The position numbers were made by a program, and so were the translations under genes. A DNA stretch of 64,000 nt from a virus (lineage: Duplodnaviria > Caudoviricetes). Where the stretch lies: positions 511 to 64,510 of the IMG/VR virus record IMGVR_UViG_3300032219_000688. One strand, 5' to 3'. Positions 30,786 to 41,500 of this stretch are shown piece by piece (positions within the stretch are counted from its first letter, which is position 1; each line of letters starts with the position of its first letter). Below the pieces are notes generated by a model that made no database searches, had not been told where the DNA came from, and saw only the letters and a list, made by a program, of their open reading frames with translations.

Positions 30786-32162
30786 ATGATTACTTCAACA
30801 GGCAGAGACATCTTAGCAAAATACCTAATAGGGCAAACATCTTCGTTTGCTTCGCACATTGCCATTGGCTGCGGACCTTTGCCAAGTTTAGATTCGGCAG
30901 ACTATAGAAACAAAACAGAACTAGATTTTGAAATGGATAGGTATCCAATTGTTTCTAGAAGCCTTTCATCAGAAAAAATTACTCTCAGTTTTTCTTCAGT
31001 ACAGGCAGTATCAGAAACTTTTATATTCACAATTGCAGATGGAGGAAATAATCAATTTGTTGTTGGTCAAACAATTGTAGTAAGCGGTCACTCTGGATTT
31101 AACAATAGTGGAGACCCAACTACCTATGCAAATGGAACACATGTAGTTACTGCAGCAACATCTATAACAATCACTGTAGATGATACAGAAGGAGGAACAG
31201 TTCCTCAAACAGATACAGATTCGATAACAATTTCTGGTTATGTTCCACAAATTGTTTTTACTGCAGAACTTCCTCTGTCAGAGAGATATGAAATAACAGA
31301 GTTGGGACTTTATCCAAGTTACTCAAATCAATATTCAAATGGTTTGGATAGCAGAACAGTAACAAATCTAACAACCGCAGAGTCTTGGAAATATTTTACT
31401 AACTCAACAGCAACTTATTCTGACATACCTTATTATTCAACAATAACTGACTCTACAAACAATATTACAGTAACAGAAAAAGCCTTTCAAACAAATTCAG
31501 ATAATCCATTCTTTATTGTAGACAGAGTTCAAAGACAAGAAAGACCGAGATTTTTAAAAGACATAACCATAATTGATGGAGACATGTCAGACTTTACTGG
31601 TGATTTAACTCCAGCATCTACAGCAAACTACATACAACTGAATAACTTTGGATTAGACCTTAGCAAAAATAACGCAGATATTGACACACTAAAGGTTGCA
31701 TTTTCATTAATTAATGCTGTGTCAGCACCATCACAGACACCAAAAAGTTTAAATATTATGTTACAGTTTATTACAGCCAATGGTACCGAGTCTGCAAAAT
31801 ATCACTATAGACAGACAGATTCATCGACACTAGCATCTACAAATAGATATGAGGTACTTTCCTTGTCCCTGAATGATGCAACATTCTCTTCAAGAACAAC
31901 AAACTTTAGTTGGGAAAATGTGTCTACACTTAGAATTTATGCTGGCATAGAGAATGCAACAACTTATGGTGGCACACAAGTAACAGATTACGCAATTGCA
32001 CTAGACGCTATTAGATTTGAAAACAAGTCAAACGCAAATCCACTCTATGGCTTAGTTGGATATACTCTTGTAAAAACATAAGAATATCCACTTGTAAAAA
32101 GTTCGGGTACAAACAACCTAGTTGAATTTAGACTTTTTGTTGGGGTATCTGGAAATGTCTAA
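30786..32162 (+). CDS. Tail/baseplate protein; in-frame TAA at 32079-32081 separates the last 26 codons
   Basis: N-terminal MITSTGRDILAKYLIG...IAIGCG. After the TAA the frame continues EYPLVKSSGTNNLVEFRLFVGVSGNV to a stop overlapping the next ATG (32155). Confidence 0.65.
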
Positions 32163-33879
32163 AAAAGTAATAATCCCACTATCCGATATAGATAAATTTA
32201 TTGCTAATAATGAATTTGCTGGTGTTGGCTTTAGATATAGGCTAAAAAGCACAGACAGCGAACAGGTGTCAGAATGGTCTCCTATGCAGATTGCCCAACT
32301 TGAAGATTCTTATGGAAACAACATAACCTTAGCACAGTCTAATGGATATTCATCTTGGGAGGCTTCTAGGTCATCAAACAATCAAAGTGCGTATTCAAGA
32401 ACACCTGGTGGAGCATCTAAATCTATACAAAGCCAAATTGACCAAGTAATTTCACAAAAAATTGCAAGCACAACAAGTCCCCATGTTCCAGACCAAGACT
32501 TGTATCGCTACTCATGGAATACACCGACAAACTCAAACATCAAAAACTTTGACATATTTACATGTTGGAAAATATTTGCTTATCAAAGTCAAACTGCAAC
32601 TATAAGTTCTCCATCTGGTGCTGGTCCATATACAGGAACTATTACTCTAAGCGGTGTTGGTAGTACGAATACTGGAGCAACCATAAAAACATTAATTGAA
32701 AAACTTGGAAACAGTGTTATCAAACTCTATGCTGGACCAGGAACAGGGGCAATAAATAATTTGCTAACAATCACATCTTATACATTAGTAACAAACGTTT
32801 TCAACATTTCATCCGATTCTACATGGACAGCAGGAACATTAAGAAATATTTCAAGAACCCATGGGTGGACAGATTTTGAGTACGCTGGAACAACAAGCAA
32901 TAAAAATTTTGAATTCAATAGAAAAATGACATCAAACAAGGTTTCTGCAACTATTACCGCAGGTGATTATCTTATAAAACTTTCAGAAGGAGAGAGTTGC
33001 TTTGAGGCTGGAATAGTTCCAGGAATGATTTTACAAAAAGTGTCTGGTGATGGAGAGTTTGCCACGGATGCAAGAATTACTCAGGTAGATTATCAAAACA
33101 ATACAATATTAGTTTCAGAATTACAGGCAGATTCAACAATCATATCGTCAACTGGAACTATTGGAAGCATTACAGGAACTGCAGGAAATTATAGTGCAAC
33201 AATTACTGGAATGTCTGGAGTAACTCCACTTGTAATTGACGCAAAAATAACTGCAACTGCTGGAACAGGTTCTCTTGGAAAAAATAATGCTATTGTTACA
33301 GCCCAACTTTCAGGTACCTCTATAAAAATATCTTCCGATTATACACCAACTGCTGGAACAATAACAGATATTAGAGTTGGAACAAAAACTTCTCCGTCAA
33401 AAGCACATACTGTAAGCGGATATGTCGAATTTGTAGCACAGTCTGGTTTGGTATCTGGGGCAACTTCGGACGGAACAAACTCAATAGAGCAATATTGGTA
33501 TAAGCCAATGTATGTCCAAGCAATGCTAAATGCGGCTACATCAAAAAGGTCAAACATTGGAAACTCACATCCATACCCATATGCACTACTATCTATCTCC
33601 GAAGCACAGTCAACCTTCTTTGACGTATATGGAACAATTTCTGGTAGAACCACTACAGCACCCTTTACAGCAACATTAGGAGGAATGAGTCTCCAGTATG
33701 CTGACGGTGTTAACTATGTTGGTGCTACACTTTATGGACTTAGCAGCCCATTACCAACTTCAACAGTATCTTTAGGTGTAGGAGAGGTCAAGATTGCAGA
33801 TTATGTAGATGTTGTTAGCCTTAAATTGACTTCTACTGCAGCAATGAACAATGGTGTAGTAACATCTCTTAGGCTCTAA
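32155..33879 (+). CDS. Tail fibre/receptor-binding-like protein with several T/G/S-rich beta modules
   Basis: N-terminal FRYRLKS...SEWSP; internal modules resemble those of the 25007 protein (GMILQKVSGDGEF, ITATAGTGSLG). Confidence 0.55.
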   Translation: MSKKVIIPLSDIDKFIANNEFAGVGFRYRLKSTDSEQVSEWSPMQIAQLEDSYGNNITLAQSNGYSSWEASRSSNNQSAYSRTPGGASKSIQSQIDQVISQKIASTTSPHVPDQDLYRYSWNTPTNSNIKNFDIFTCWKIFAYQSQTATISSPSGAGPYTGTITLSGVGSTNTGATIKTLIEKLGNSVIKLYAGPGTGAINNLLTITSYTLVTNVFNISSDSTWTAGTLRNISRTHGWTDFEYAGTTSNKNFEFNRKMTSNKVSATITAGDYLIKLSEGESCFEAGIVPGMILQKVSGDGEFATDARITQVDYQNNTILVSELQADSTIISSTGTIGSITGTAGNYSATITGMSGVTPLVIDAKITATAGTGSLGKNNAIVTAQLSGTSIKISSDYTPTAGTITDIRVGTKTSPSKAHTVSGYVEFVAQSGLVSGATSDGTNSIEQYWYKPMYVQAMLNAATSKRSNIGNSHPYPYALLSISEAQSTFFDVYGTISGRTTTAPFTATLGGMSLQYADGVNYVGATLYGLSSPLPTSTVSLGVGEVKIADYVDVVSLKLTSTAAMNNGVVTSLRL

Positions 33880-33896
33880 TGTGGTATAATTAGGTT

Positions 33897-34316
33897 ATGG
33901 CAAAAGTACCTTCACTACCAAGCAATGGGCAACCTATCGATACCCAGTACATCTATGACATCGTTTCCTCTCTCATCGACATCAATAAAGAGATAGCGTC
34001 TAGTGGTTCATCTAATATCCAAGACCTTCCAGCACAAAAAACTTCTAACCTAAAGATTCAAGCAAGGACAATCAATGCTGTATCAGCGGCTAAAAAGGTT
34101 TCAAAAACATCTTCAGAAACTGGAACTCTTACTTTTAAGACAGCGTTTACACAGGTTCCAGTAGTTGCTGCAACATTGGTTTCTAGAAGTAGCACAACAG
34201 TAAAAGCAAATCTAACTATTACTGCAGTAAACACAACTACCGTATCTTATAAGATAGATTTTGACACAAACGGTTTTACAACACTTGACCTAAACGTTAT
34301 TGCTATTGGAGTATAA
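33897..34316 (+). CDS. Tail-tip protein with an H-type-lectin-like C-terminus
   Basis: LTFKTAFTQVPVVAATL...TTVSY...LNVIAIG pattern; apparently leaderless after TGG-TATAAT (33882-33890). Confidence 0.5.
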   Translation: MAKVPSLPSNGQPIDTQYIYDIVSSLIDINKEIASSGSSNIQDLPAQKTSNLKIQARTINAVSAAKKVSKTSSETGTLTFKTAFTQVPVVAATLVSRSSTTVKANLTITAVNTTTVSYKIDFDTNGFTTLDLNVIAIGV

Positions 34317-34846
34317 TGGCTGCCCAGACAATGGAAGAGTACAATGCTTCTCCTGTTATTCCAGGGAATAAAAAAGTATGGTTTCTAAATGGAAATCTAG
34401 TCCGTGTATATCACATGAACAATTCTAATGGCATAATGTCTGTTTATAATATTACACTTGACCAGATTGAAAGTTGTTTAGTTAGTGATTTTAAGAAAAA
34501 CAGAGAACGAGCATACACCGTAGGACAGGCTGCAAGCCTCGTAAACAGGCACAAGAAGTATATGCCAGCATTAATGCTAAAAGGTGTTATTCCCTTCCCT
34601 ATGGGGTCACAGAAGGGCGGAGAGAGGGGCTGGCAGGTCCGTTCTTACTATTCCGAATCACAGGTAAGGGAAATTCGTGATATACTAGCATCCTACCACC
34701 ACGGTAGACCAAGAAAAGATAAACTAATAACCAACGATGTAACACCTACAAAACAAGAGTTGACAAGGCGTATGGGCGATGGTATACTGGTTTATACAAA
34801 GACAGAAGATGGCAGATTTGTGCCTATCTGGAATGAATCAATTTAG
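34316..34846 (+). CDS. MerR-like helix-turn-helix DNA-binding protein
   Basis: YTVGQAASLVNRHKKYMPALMLKGVIP...RSYYSESQVREI. Confidence 0.55.
   Translation: MAAQTMEEYNASPVIPGNKKVWFLNGNLVRVYHMNNSNGIMSVYNITLDQIESCLVSDFKKNRERAYTVGQAASLVNRHKKYMPALMLKGVIPFPMGSQKGGERGWQVRSYYSESQVREIRDILASYHHGRPRKDKLITNDVTPTKQELTRRMGDGILVYTKTEDGRFVPIWNESI
34760..34788 (+). promoter_or_regulatory. Consensus sigma70/SigA-type promoter inside the HTH gene, upstream of the replication block
   Basis: TTGACA (34760-34765), 17-nt spacer, extended TGG-TATACT (hexamer 34783-34788). Confidence 0.75.
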
Positions 34847-34867
34847 TTCTTGAAAGGAACACTGGGT

Positions 34868-35077
34868 ATGAATAACGATGAGACTAAGGTTACGGTAGGG
34901 CTAGGCTATACGCTTAACCTAGGTAACTTTCAATCCTTGCGTATTGACCTATCTGTATCAGATAGCAAGCGTAATGGAGAAAATACAGCAGAGGCTTTTG
35001 AACGTGTGTATGCGTTTGTTGAGCAAAAACTGTCTGAAAAGGTTAAAGAATCTCTAGAAGAGGCTGACAATAAGTAA
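34868..35077 (+). CDS. Hypothetical protein (69 aa)
   Basis: Start ATG 34868; motif LGYTLNLGNFQSLRID. Confidence 0.7.
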   Translation: MNNDETKVTVGLGYTLNLGNFQSLRIDLSVSDSKRNGENTAEAFERVYAFVEQKLSEKVKESLEEADNK

Positions 35078-35385
35078 TGGCTGAACGCAAAGACCGCATG
35101 GCTTTGCTTAGTCGCTACAGTAAACTACATACTGCAAAGTACGAAGAAAAGCCATCTTTAAATTTAAATGTTGAGCAGTGGGCTGCTGATGCACTCATTG
35201 AATCCTATGGCATACCAGAATGCTATGAACTGCTCCAGTACTACTTTGATGTATCTGAAAACCCATCATGGAAATACTTTGCAAATTATGCAGACCACAT
35301 TGTTTACAAGCGTAAGCAAGTAGAACAAGACAACAAGGAACGAGCAGAACGTAGGCTCAAAGCGAAGGAATGGCTAAGTGAATAA
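35077..35385 (+). CDS. Hypothetical protein upstream of the helicase
   Basis: 102 aa, coupled to both neighbours. Confidence 0.7.
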   Translation: MAERKDRMALLSRYSKLHTAKYEEKPSLNLNVEQWAADALIESYGIPECYELLQYYFDVSENPSWKYFANYADHIVYKRKQVEQDNKERAERRLKAKEWLSE

Positions 35386-36598
35386 TACAGAATCAAAACT
35401 AATCTCTGCTGTATTGGCAGACAAACAAGTTCACGTTTTGCTACAGGCAAACGTAGACAACATCTTAAGAACCCACAATGATATTTGGACTTTCATCCGC
35501 AACTACTCTGAAACTAATGGAACAGTTCCACCAGTATCTTTGGTTGTAGATAAGTTTCGTGACTTCTCTCCAGTTGATGGTGTTGGTGCTACCAAGTATC
35601 ACCTAGAAGAACTACAGGCTGAGTTTTTGAATGATAGTCTAAAGGATGTTCTTAGAACTACTGCTTCAGATGTTCAAGCAGGTCAGGGTACTAAGGCACT
35701 AGAAGACCTAATCCAGAAGACATCGGAACTAAAGAAGAACACAGCAGTTATCCGTGACATTGATGCCACTGATATTGATTCTGCTGTTGCATACTTTGAG
35801 AACCTTGCTCGTCAGAATGAACTAGGTTCAATCGGTATCAAGACTGGTTTGCCAGGATTTGACAACTATCTTCCTGCTGGTATTACTCCAGGACAGTTGG
35901 GTGTGTTCCTTGCTTATCCAGGAATTGGTAAGTCTTGGTTTGCTCTTTACATGGCAGTTCAAGCATGGAAGCAAGGCAAATCACCGCTAATCATCTCACT
36001 TGAAATGTCAGAGACAGAAGTTCGTAATCGTGTGTTTGCTATCATGGGTGAGGGTCTTTGGTCACATCGTAAACTTAGCAATGGTCAAGTAGAGATTGCA
36101 GATTTAAAACGCTGGCATGCAAAAGAACTTGCTGGTAAACCAGAGTTTCACATCATCTCTAACGACAACGGTGGAGAAGTAACTCCGTCAGTTATTCGTG
36201 GTAAGATTGACCAGTACAAGCCTGACCTAGTTATTGTTGACTACCTACAGTTGATGTCACCTAACCAGAAGTCCGATAATGAAACTGTCCGTATGAAGAA
36301 CCTTTCTCGTGAACTAAAGTTGATGGCTATCTCTGAAGAAATGCCTATCATCTCTATCTCATCTGCTACACCAGACGATGTTACCAAGTTGGACACAGTT
36401 CCTACCTTGGGACAAACTGCTTGGTCTCGCCAGATTGCATACGATGCTGACTGGGTTCTAGCCCTAGGTCGTGCAACAAACTCAGACATTCTAGAGTGTG
36501 TGTTCCGTAAGAACCGTAATGGTTTTATGGGCGAGTTCCTAGTTCAGGTAGATTTTGACAAGGGCTACTATCGTTATAAGGATTTTGAAGATAACTAG
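35378..36598 (+). CDS. dnaB: Replicative DnaB-like helicase
   Basis: Walker A AYPGIGKS, ISLEMS, VIVDYLQLM, QIAYDADWV and KNRNG. Confidence 0.92.
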   Translation: MNNTESKLISAVLADKQVHVLLQANVDNILRTHNDIWTFIRNYSETNGTVPPVSLVVDKFRDFSPVDGVGATKYHLEELQAEFLNDSLKDVLRTTASDVQAGQGTKALEDLIQKTSELKKNTAVIRDIDATDIDSAVAYFENLARQNELGSIGIKTGLPGFDNYLPAGITPGQLGVFLAYPGIGKSWFALYMAVQAWKQGKSPLIISLEMSETEVRNRVFAIMGEGLWSHRKLSNGQVEIADLKRWHAKELAGKPEFHIISNDNGGEVTPSVIRGKIDQYKPDLVIVDYLQLMSPNQKSDNETVRMKNLSRELKLMAISEEMPIISISSATPDDVTKLDTVPTLGQTAWSRQIAYDADWVLALGRATNSDILECVFRKNRNGFMGEFLVQVDFDKGYYRYKDFEDN

Positions 36599-36610
36599 TT
36601 ATAATAGAAT

Positions 36611-36955
36611 GTGGACAATATATATCACAGACCTATTAAGAACTTTACCTTTGACGGTATCATCAAGAATGATGCCGCTATTGGCAGACTTCGCCTAGAA
36701 CTTGTGAGACTCAAGACACTTGAGATGTGTGAATTGGGTTATGTGCCAAGGCTTGACATAGAACCACAATTTACGATAAAATATAATAGCGAAAAAGATT
36801 ATTACGAGTTTACATTAACCGTATACGGAACATACATAGGAAAGAATAAGGCATTATGGATAAAGGGAATAGACGGAACACACATAGTTCCTACTCAAAA
36901 GAACAAATTAAAAGAGTTATCACAGGGTCAGGCATCACAATCGAATCAGAAGTAG
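36611..36955 (+). CDS. Hypothetical protein overlapping the primase start
   Basis: 114 aa, GTG start, 100-nt overlap with the primase. Confidence 0.55.
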   Translation: MDNIYHRPIKNFTFDGIIKNDAAIGRLRLELVRLKTLEMCELGYVPRLDIEPQFTIKYNSEKDYYEFTLTVYGTYIGKNKALWIKGIDGTHIVPTQKNKLKELSQGQASQSNQK

Positions 36956-37800
36956 ATTCTGATTACATTATCTTCTGTCCTTTTCATAACAACTATCGCT
37001 CACCTGCTGGTGAAGTAGATAAAAGTTCTGGTCTATTCTTTTGCTTTTCCTGCCACCATGTCTGCGACCTACCATCTTTAATTATGCATACATCTGCTAG
37101 AACCTATTTTGAATCTGTTCGCTACATCAAGTCTAAGGAAACGGAGACTGACCTTTCCTATCAGATTAACCAGACACTTGTCCAGAAGCCAGACTATGTT
37201 CCGTATGACGAGTTGCAGATTAAAAGATTAAACCAGCAAGCATTAGAATCTCCAAGAGCAACCAGATACTACGATGGTAGATTAATCAATGAGACATCTA
37301 TCAAAAAGTTCCAACTTGGTTTCTCAGAGAAACAAGATATGGTAACTATACCTGTACACTCCCCAGACGGAATTCCTGTGGGCTTCGTTGGTCGTTCTAT
37401 CGAGGGTAAAGAATTTAAGAACACTCCAGGACTTCCAAAGTCAAAAACTTTATTCAACATACATCGTGTAAAGACTGCTGGCAAAGTCTATGTAGTTGAA
37501 TCATCATTTGATGCTATCCGTTTAGACCAATGTGGTTTTCCAGCGGTAGCAACTCTGGGTGCAAACGTATCCAGTTTCCAAACAGACCTACTCATTAAGT
37601 ATTTTAATAACGTTATTGTTATTGCTGATAACGATGAGGCTGGCGGTAATATGAAAGATAAGATTGTGGAACGTCTTGGCTCTCGTGTTACTGTTATTAA
37701 AATAGATAAACAATATAAGGATATTGGCGACATGTCTGATGAAGCAATTAAAAATATTGACGAATCATTTGACAAAACTATTGCCAGTATGCTAAACTAG
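36856..37800 (+). CDS. dnaG: DNA primase (CHC2 zinc finger plus TOPRIM)
   Basis: CPFH...CFSC zinc finger; VVESSFDA, ATLGA and ADNDEAG TOPRIM motifs. Confidence 0.9.
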   Translation: MDKGNRRNTHSSYSKEQIKRVITGSGITIESEVDSDYIIFCPFHNNYRSPAGEVDKSSGLFFCFSCHHVCDLPSLIMHTSARTYFESVRYIKSKETETDLSYQINQTLVQKPDYVPYDELQIKRLNQQALESPRATRYYDGRLINETSIKKFQLGFSEKQDMVTIPVHSPDGIPVGFVGRSIEGKEFKNTPGLPKSKTLFNIHRVKTAGKVYVVESSFDAIRLDQCGFPAVATLGANVSSFQTDLLIKYFNNVIVIADNDEAGGNMKDKIVERLGSRVTVIKIDKQYKDIGDMSDEAIKNIDESFDKTIASMLN

Positions 37801-37831
37801 TATACCGCTAAGAAAACATAAGGAGAATATT

Positions 37832-38485
37832 ATGAGCGTAATTAAAGGGCTAAAAGATATCGGTGCAATTATGGATAAGCCAAAATATGAAAACAATGGT
37901 CAGAAAGTTCGTTGGGTCAAGTTGGCTGACGGACAATCTGCAAAGGTTCGTTTCGTTGAAGAACTAGATACAGAATCAGCAAACTACAACGAGGGTCGTG
38001 GACTGTCTGTGGTAATCGCAGAACACACTAACCCAAAGGACTACAAGCGTAAAGCAGTCTGTACAATCGACTCTGAGGGTCGTTGCTATGGTTGTGAAAT
38101 GGGTCGTAAAGAACCCAAGAGCGGATGGCGTTCACGTCTTCGCTGGTATGGTAACGTCATTATCGATGATGGTACTGAAGCACCTTATGTGGCTGTATGG
38201 TCACAGGGTATCTCAAAGCAGTCTGCTTTCGGAAATCTCCGTGAGTATGCAATTGAGACTGGTTCAATCTCGAACCTAGAGTGGAAGATTAAGCGTAATG
38301 GTCAGGGAACTGAAACCAACTACACATTGCTTCCAACAAAGCCAGACACAGAACCTTTCAACTTCGATGGCATTGAGCCATTCAATCTTGAAAAGGTTGT
38401 TCGTGAAGTGGCTTATGCAGAGCAGGAGAATTTCTACTTCGGTTTTGATGCTCCATCTCTAACATCCAGTAACCAAGACTGGTAA
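37832..38485 (+). CDS. Single-stranded DNA-binding protein (phage type, putative)
   Basis: Strong SD and biased codons; C..C metal site, KIKRNGQGTETNYTL, acidic/aromatic C-terminus ending QDW; lies between primase and polymerase. Confidence 0.65.
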   Translation: MSVIKGLKDIGAIMDKPKYENNGQKVRWVKLADGQSAKVRFVEELDTESANYNEGRGLSVVIAEHTNPKDYKRKAVCTIDSEGRCYGCEMGRKEPKSGWRSRLRWYGNVIIDDGTEAPYVAVWSQGISKQSAFGNLREYAIETGSISNLEWKIKRNGQGTETNYTLLPTKPDTEPFNFDGIEPFNLEKVVREVAYAEQENFYFGFDAPSLTSSNQDW

Positions 38486-38498
38486 TCAATTAATCGTG

Positions 38499-38530
38499 GT
38501 GGGGGTAGACGATTCGCTCTCTGCCCCCAC
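38499..38530 (+). terminator. GC-rich hairpin after the SSB gene (no clear U tract)
   Basis: Stem GTGGGGGTAGA/TCTGCCCCCAC. Confidence 0.55.
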
Positions 38531-38557
38531 TGCTCTAAACTTTAAGGAAAATTTTAT

Positions 38558-41500
38558 ATGAGTTATGCTGGACTGCACGTTCACACTCACTACTCGCTAT
38601 TTGATGGCATAGCAACACCACAAGAATATGTGGACAGAGCAATCGAAATTGGAATGCCAGCCATCGCTATCACAGACCACGGTTCACTATCTGGACACCG
38701 TGAAATGTATCGTGTCGCTATTGAAAAGGGTATCAAACCAATTCTTGGTGTCGAAGGATACATTGCACAAGACCGCTTTGACCAGAGAGACAAAGAAGAC
38801 CGTGAAGACACTCCCCTAGACCTTGTATACAATCACTTAATCATTCTTGCTAAGAACGAAAAAGGTCTTGAGAATCTAAATAAACTAAACGAGATTGCTT
38901 GGACTGAGGGTTTCTACAAGAAGCCTCGTATGGACTGGACTTCACTAGAGAAGTATAAAGAAGGTCTAATCATTACTTCTGGCTGTCTATCTGGCTTCCT
39001 TGCTAAAGCAATTGAAGCAGATGACTTTGCTGCTGCAAAAGAACATTTACAGTGGGCTAAGAAAACTTTTGGAGATGACTACTACATCGAAGTTATGCCA
39101 CATAATCCACCAGAGATTAACAAAACTATTCTTGCTCTTGCAGATGAGTTCGGTATCAAACCTATCGTCACACCTGACTGCCACCACTCTGGTCCAGAAC
39201 AGCGTGAGATTCAGGAACTTAAACTAATCCTAAACACTTATTCAAATAAGGTTCAGAAAGATGCAACCTTTGCTGGTACTCAGGATTACGATAATCTTAT
39301 GGATAAGTTGGATTACCTTTATGGTGCTGACCGCCAGATTACTTTTAGAGATTATGAGATTCACCTGCTCTCTGATGAAGAGATGCACAAGTCTATGGAA
39401 GCCCAGGGTATCACTCGTCAGGACATGTACGACAACACTATTGAGATTATGAATAAGGTTGAAGACTACAACATTAAAGACCACCTAGACTTGCTGCCAG
39501 CACAGTATCAAAATCCAGACCAAGAACTTTATGAACTTGCTATGGAAGGATTGACTTCTCGTGGTGTTGGTGCTGACCCTGCATATCACGTTAGGGCTGA
39601 AGAAGAACTTCAAATCATCAAGGATAAAAACTTTGCTCCTTACTTCCTAGTTGTTCGTAACATGATTAACTGGGCTAAGAAAGAAGGCATTATGGTTGGT
39701 CCAGGTCGTGGTTCATCTGCTGGTTCTCTAGTTTGTTATGCCTTGGGCATTACTGACATTGACCCTATTGAGCATGGTCTTTTGTTCTTCCGTTTCATTA
39801 ATCCAGAACGTAATGACTTCCCAGATATCGATACTGACATCCAAGATTCAAGACGTGAAGATGTCAAAGATTATCTAGTTAGACAGTATAGACACGTTGC
39901 TTCTATCGCCACATTCCTTGAGTTCAAGGGTAAAGGTATGATTAGAGATATTGCTCGTGTACTAAACATTCCACTAGCAGATGTGAACAAGGTTCTCAAA
40001 CTTGTTGATGACTGGGATGACTACTTAAGGGCTAAGTCTACTCAGGAGTTCCGTGAGAAGTATCCAGAGATTGAACTCTATGGTGAACAACTTCGTGGTC
40101 GTATTCGTGGTACTGGTATTCACGCTGCTGGTGTGGTTACTGCTAAAGAACCTATCTTTAAGTATGCACCATTGGAGACTAGAACAACTCCAGGTAGCAA
40201 GGAACGTATTCCAGTAGTAGCGGTAGACATGGAAGAAGCAGAACGTATTGGTCTGATTAAGATTGATGCTTTGGGTCTAAAGACCCTATCTGTTATTCAG
40301 GACACGCTTGCTATCATCAAGGAACGTTCTGGAGATGTCGTTGACCTGTATAAACTTAATATGGAAGATGCAAATGTTTATCGTATGCTTTCAGATGGAT
40401 TCACTAAGGGTGTCTTCCAGTGTGAAGCAACACCATACACGAATCTTCTTGTGAAGATGGGTATCAAAAACTTTAGTGAGTTGGCTGCTTCTAACGCCTT
40501 GGTTCGTCCAGGTGCTATGAACACAATCGGTAAAGACTATGTTGCTCGTAAGCATGGTAAACAAAACATTGATTACAAACACGAAGTTCTAAAAGCATTT
40601 ACAAAAGAGACCTATGGATGTATTTTGTATCAGGAACAAGTTATGCTTGCCTGTGTGGAACTTGGCGGTATGACAATGGCCGAAGCGGATAAGGTTCGTA
40701 AGATTATTGGTAAGAAGAAAGATGCTAAAGAGTTCGATGTCTTCAAGGATAGGTTCGTAAAGGGTGCTTCTAGATTCTTGTCGCCTAACGCTTCCGAAGA
40801 CCTTTGGACAGACTTTGAAGCACACGCTGGATATTCGTTCAATAAGTCTCACGCTGTGGCTTACTCAACAGTTTCTTACTGGACAGCATGGCTGAAGTAT
40901 TACTACCCTATTGAGTTCATGTATTCATTGCTCAAGAATGAAAGTGATAAAGATGCTCGTACTGAATACCTGATTGAAGCAAAGCGTATGGGTATTCCTG
41001 TTCGTCTTCCACACATTAACGATTCAGATGTTGACTTTAAAATCGAAGGTAAAGGCATTCGCTTCGGACTATCATCTATTAAGTTTATTAGTGATAACAT
41101 TGCTAATAAGTATATTGATGCTAGACCGTTTGCTTCATACAAAGAACTAGAAGAGTTTACTTTTGGTAAAGGCAATGGCGTTAACAGTCGTGCACTACAG
41201 GCTCTACGCCTTGTAGGTGCTGCAACGTTCCATGACCAACCTAGAAACGATGAAGAAGTTCGTGAGAACCTTTATGAGTATCTAAACTTGCCAGAGTTCA
41301 ATACTTCTATTCCGCAACACTACCACGCATTCATAAACGATGTTGAAGAGTACGAAGAAAAGGGTGCTTATGTTCTTATGGGAATGATTAAGAGCATCAA
41401 GCGTGGCAAGGGCTGGTCTAGAGTGGAACTTCTTGACAGAACTGGTAGCACTGGAATCTTTGATGACGAGAACACTACTATCGAAGCAGGTAGAACTTAC

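Noticed and set aside
25151-33876. Diversity-generating retroelement (template/variable repeat pair) among the tail repeats
   Set aside because: No reverse transcriptase in the window. Differences between copies are not adenine-specific, and all copies are in-frame coding.
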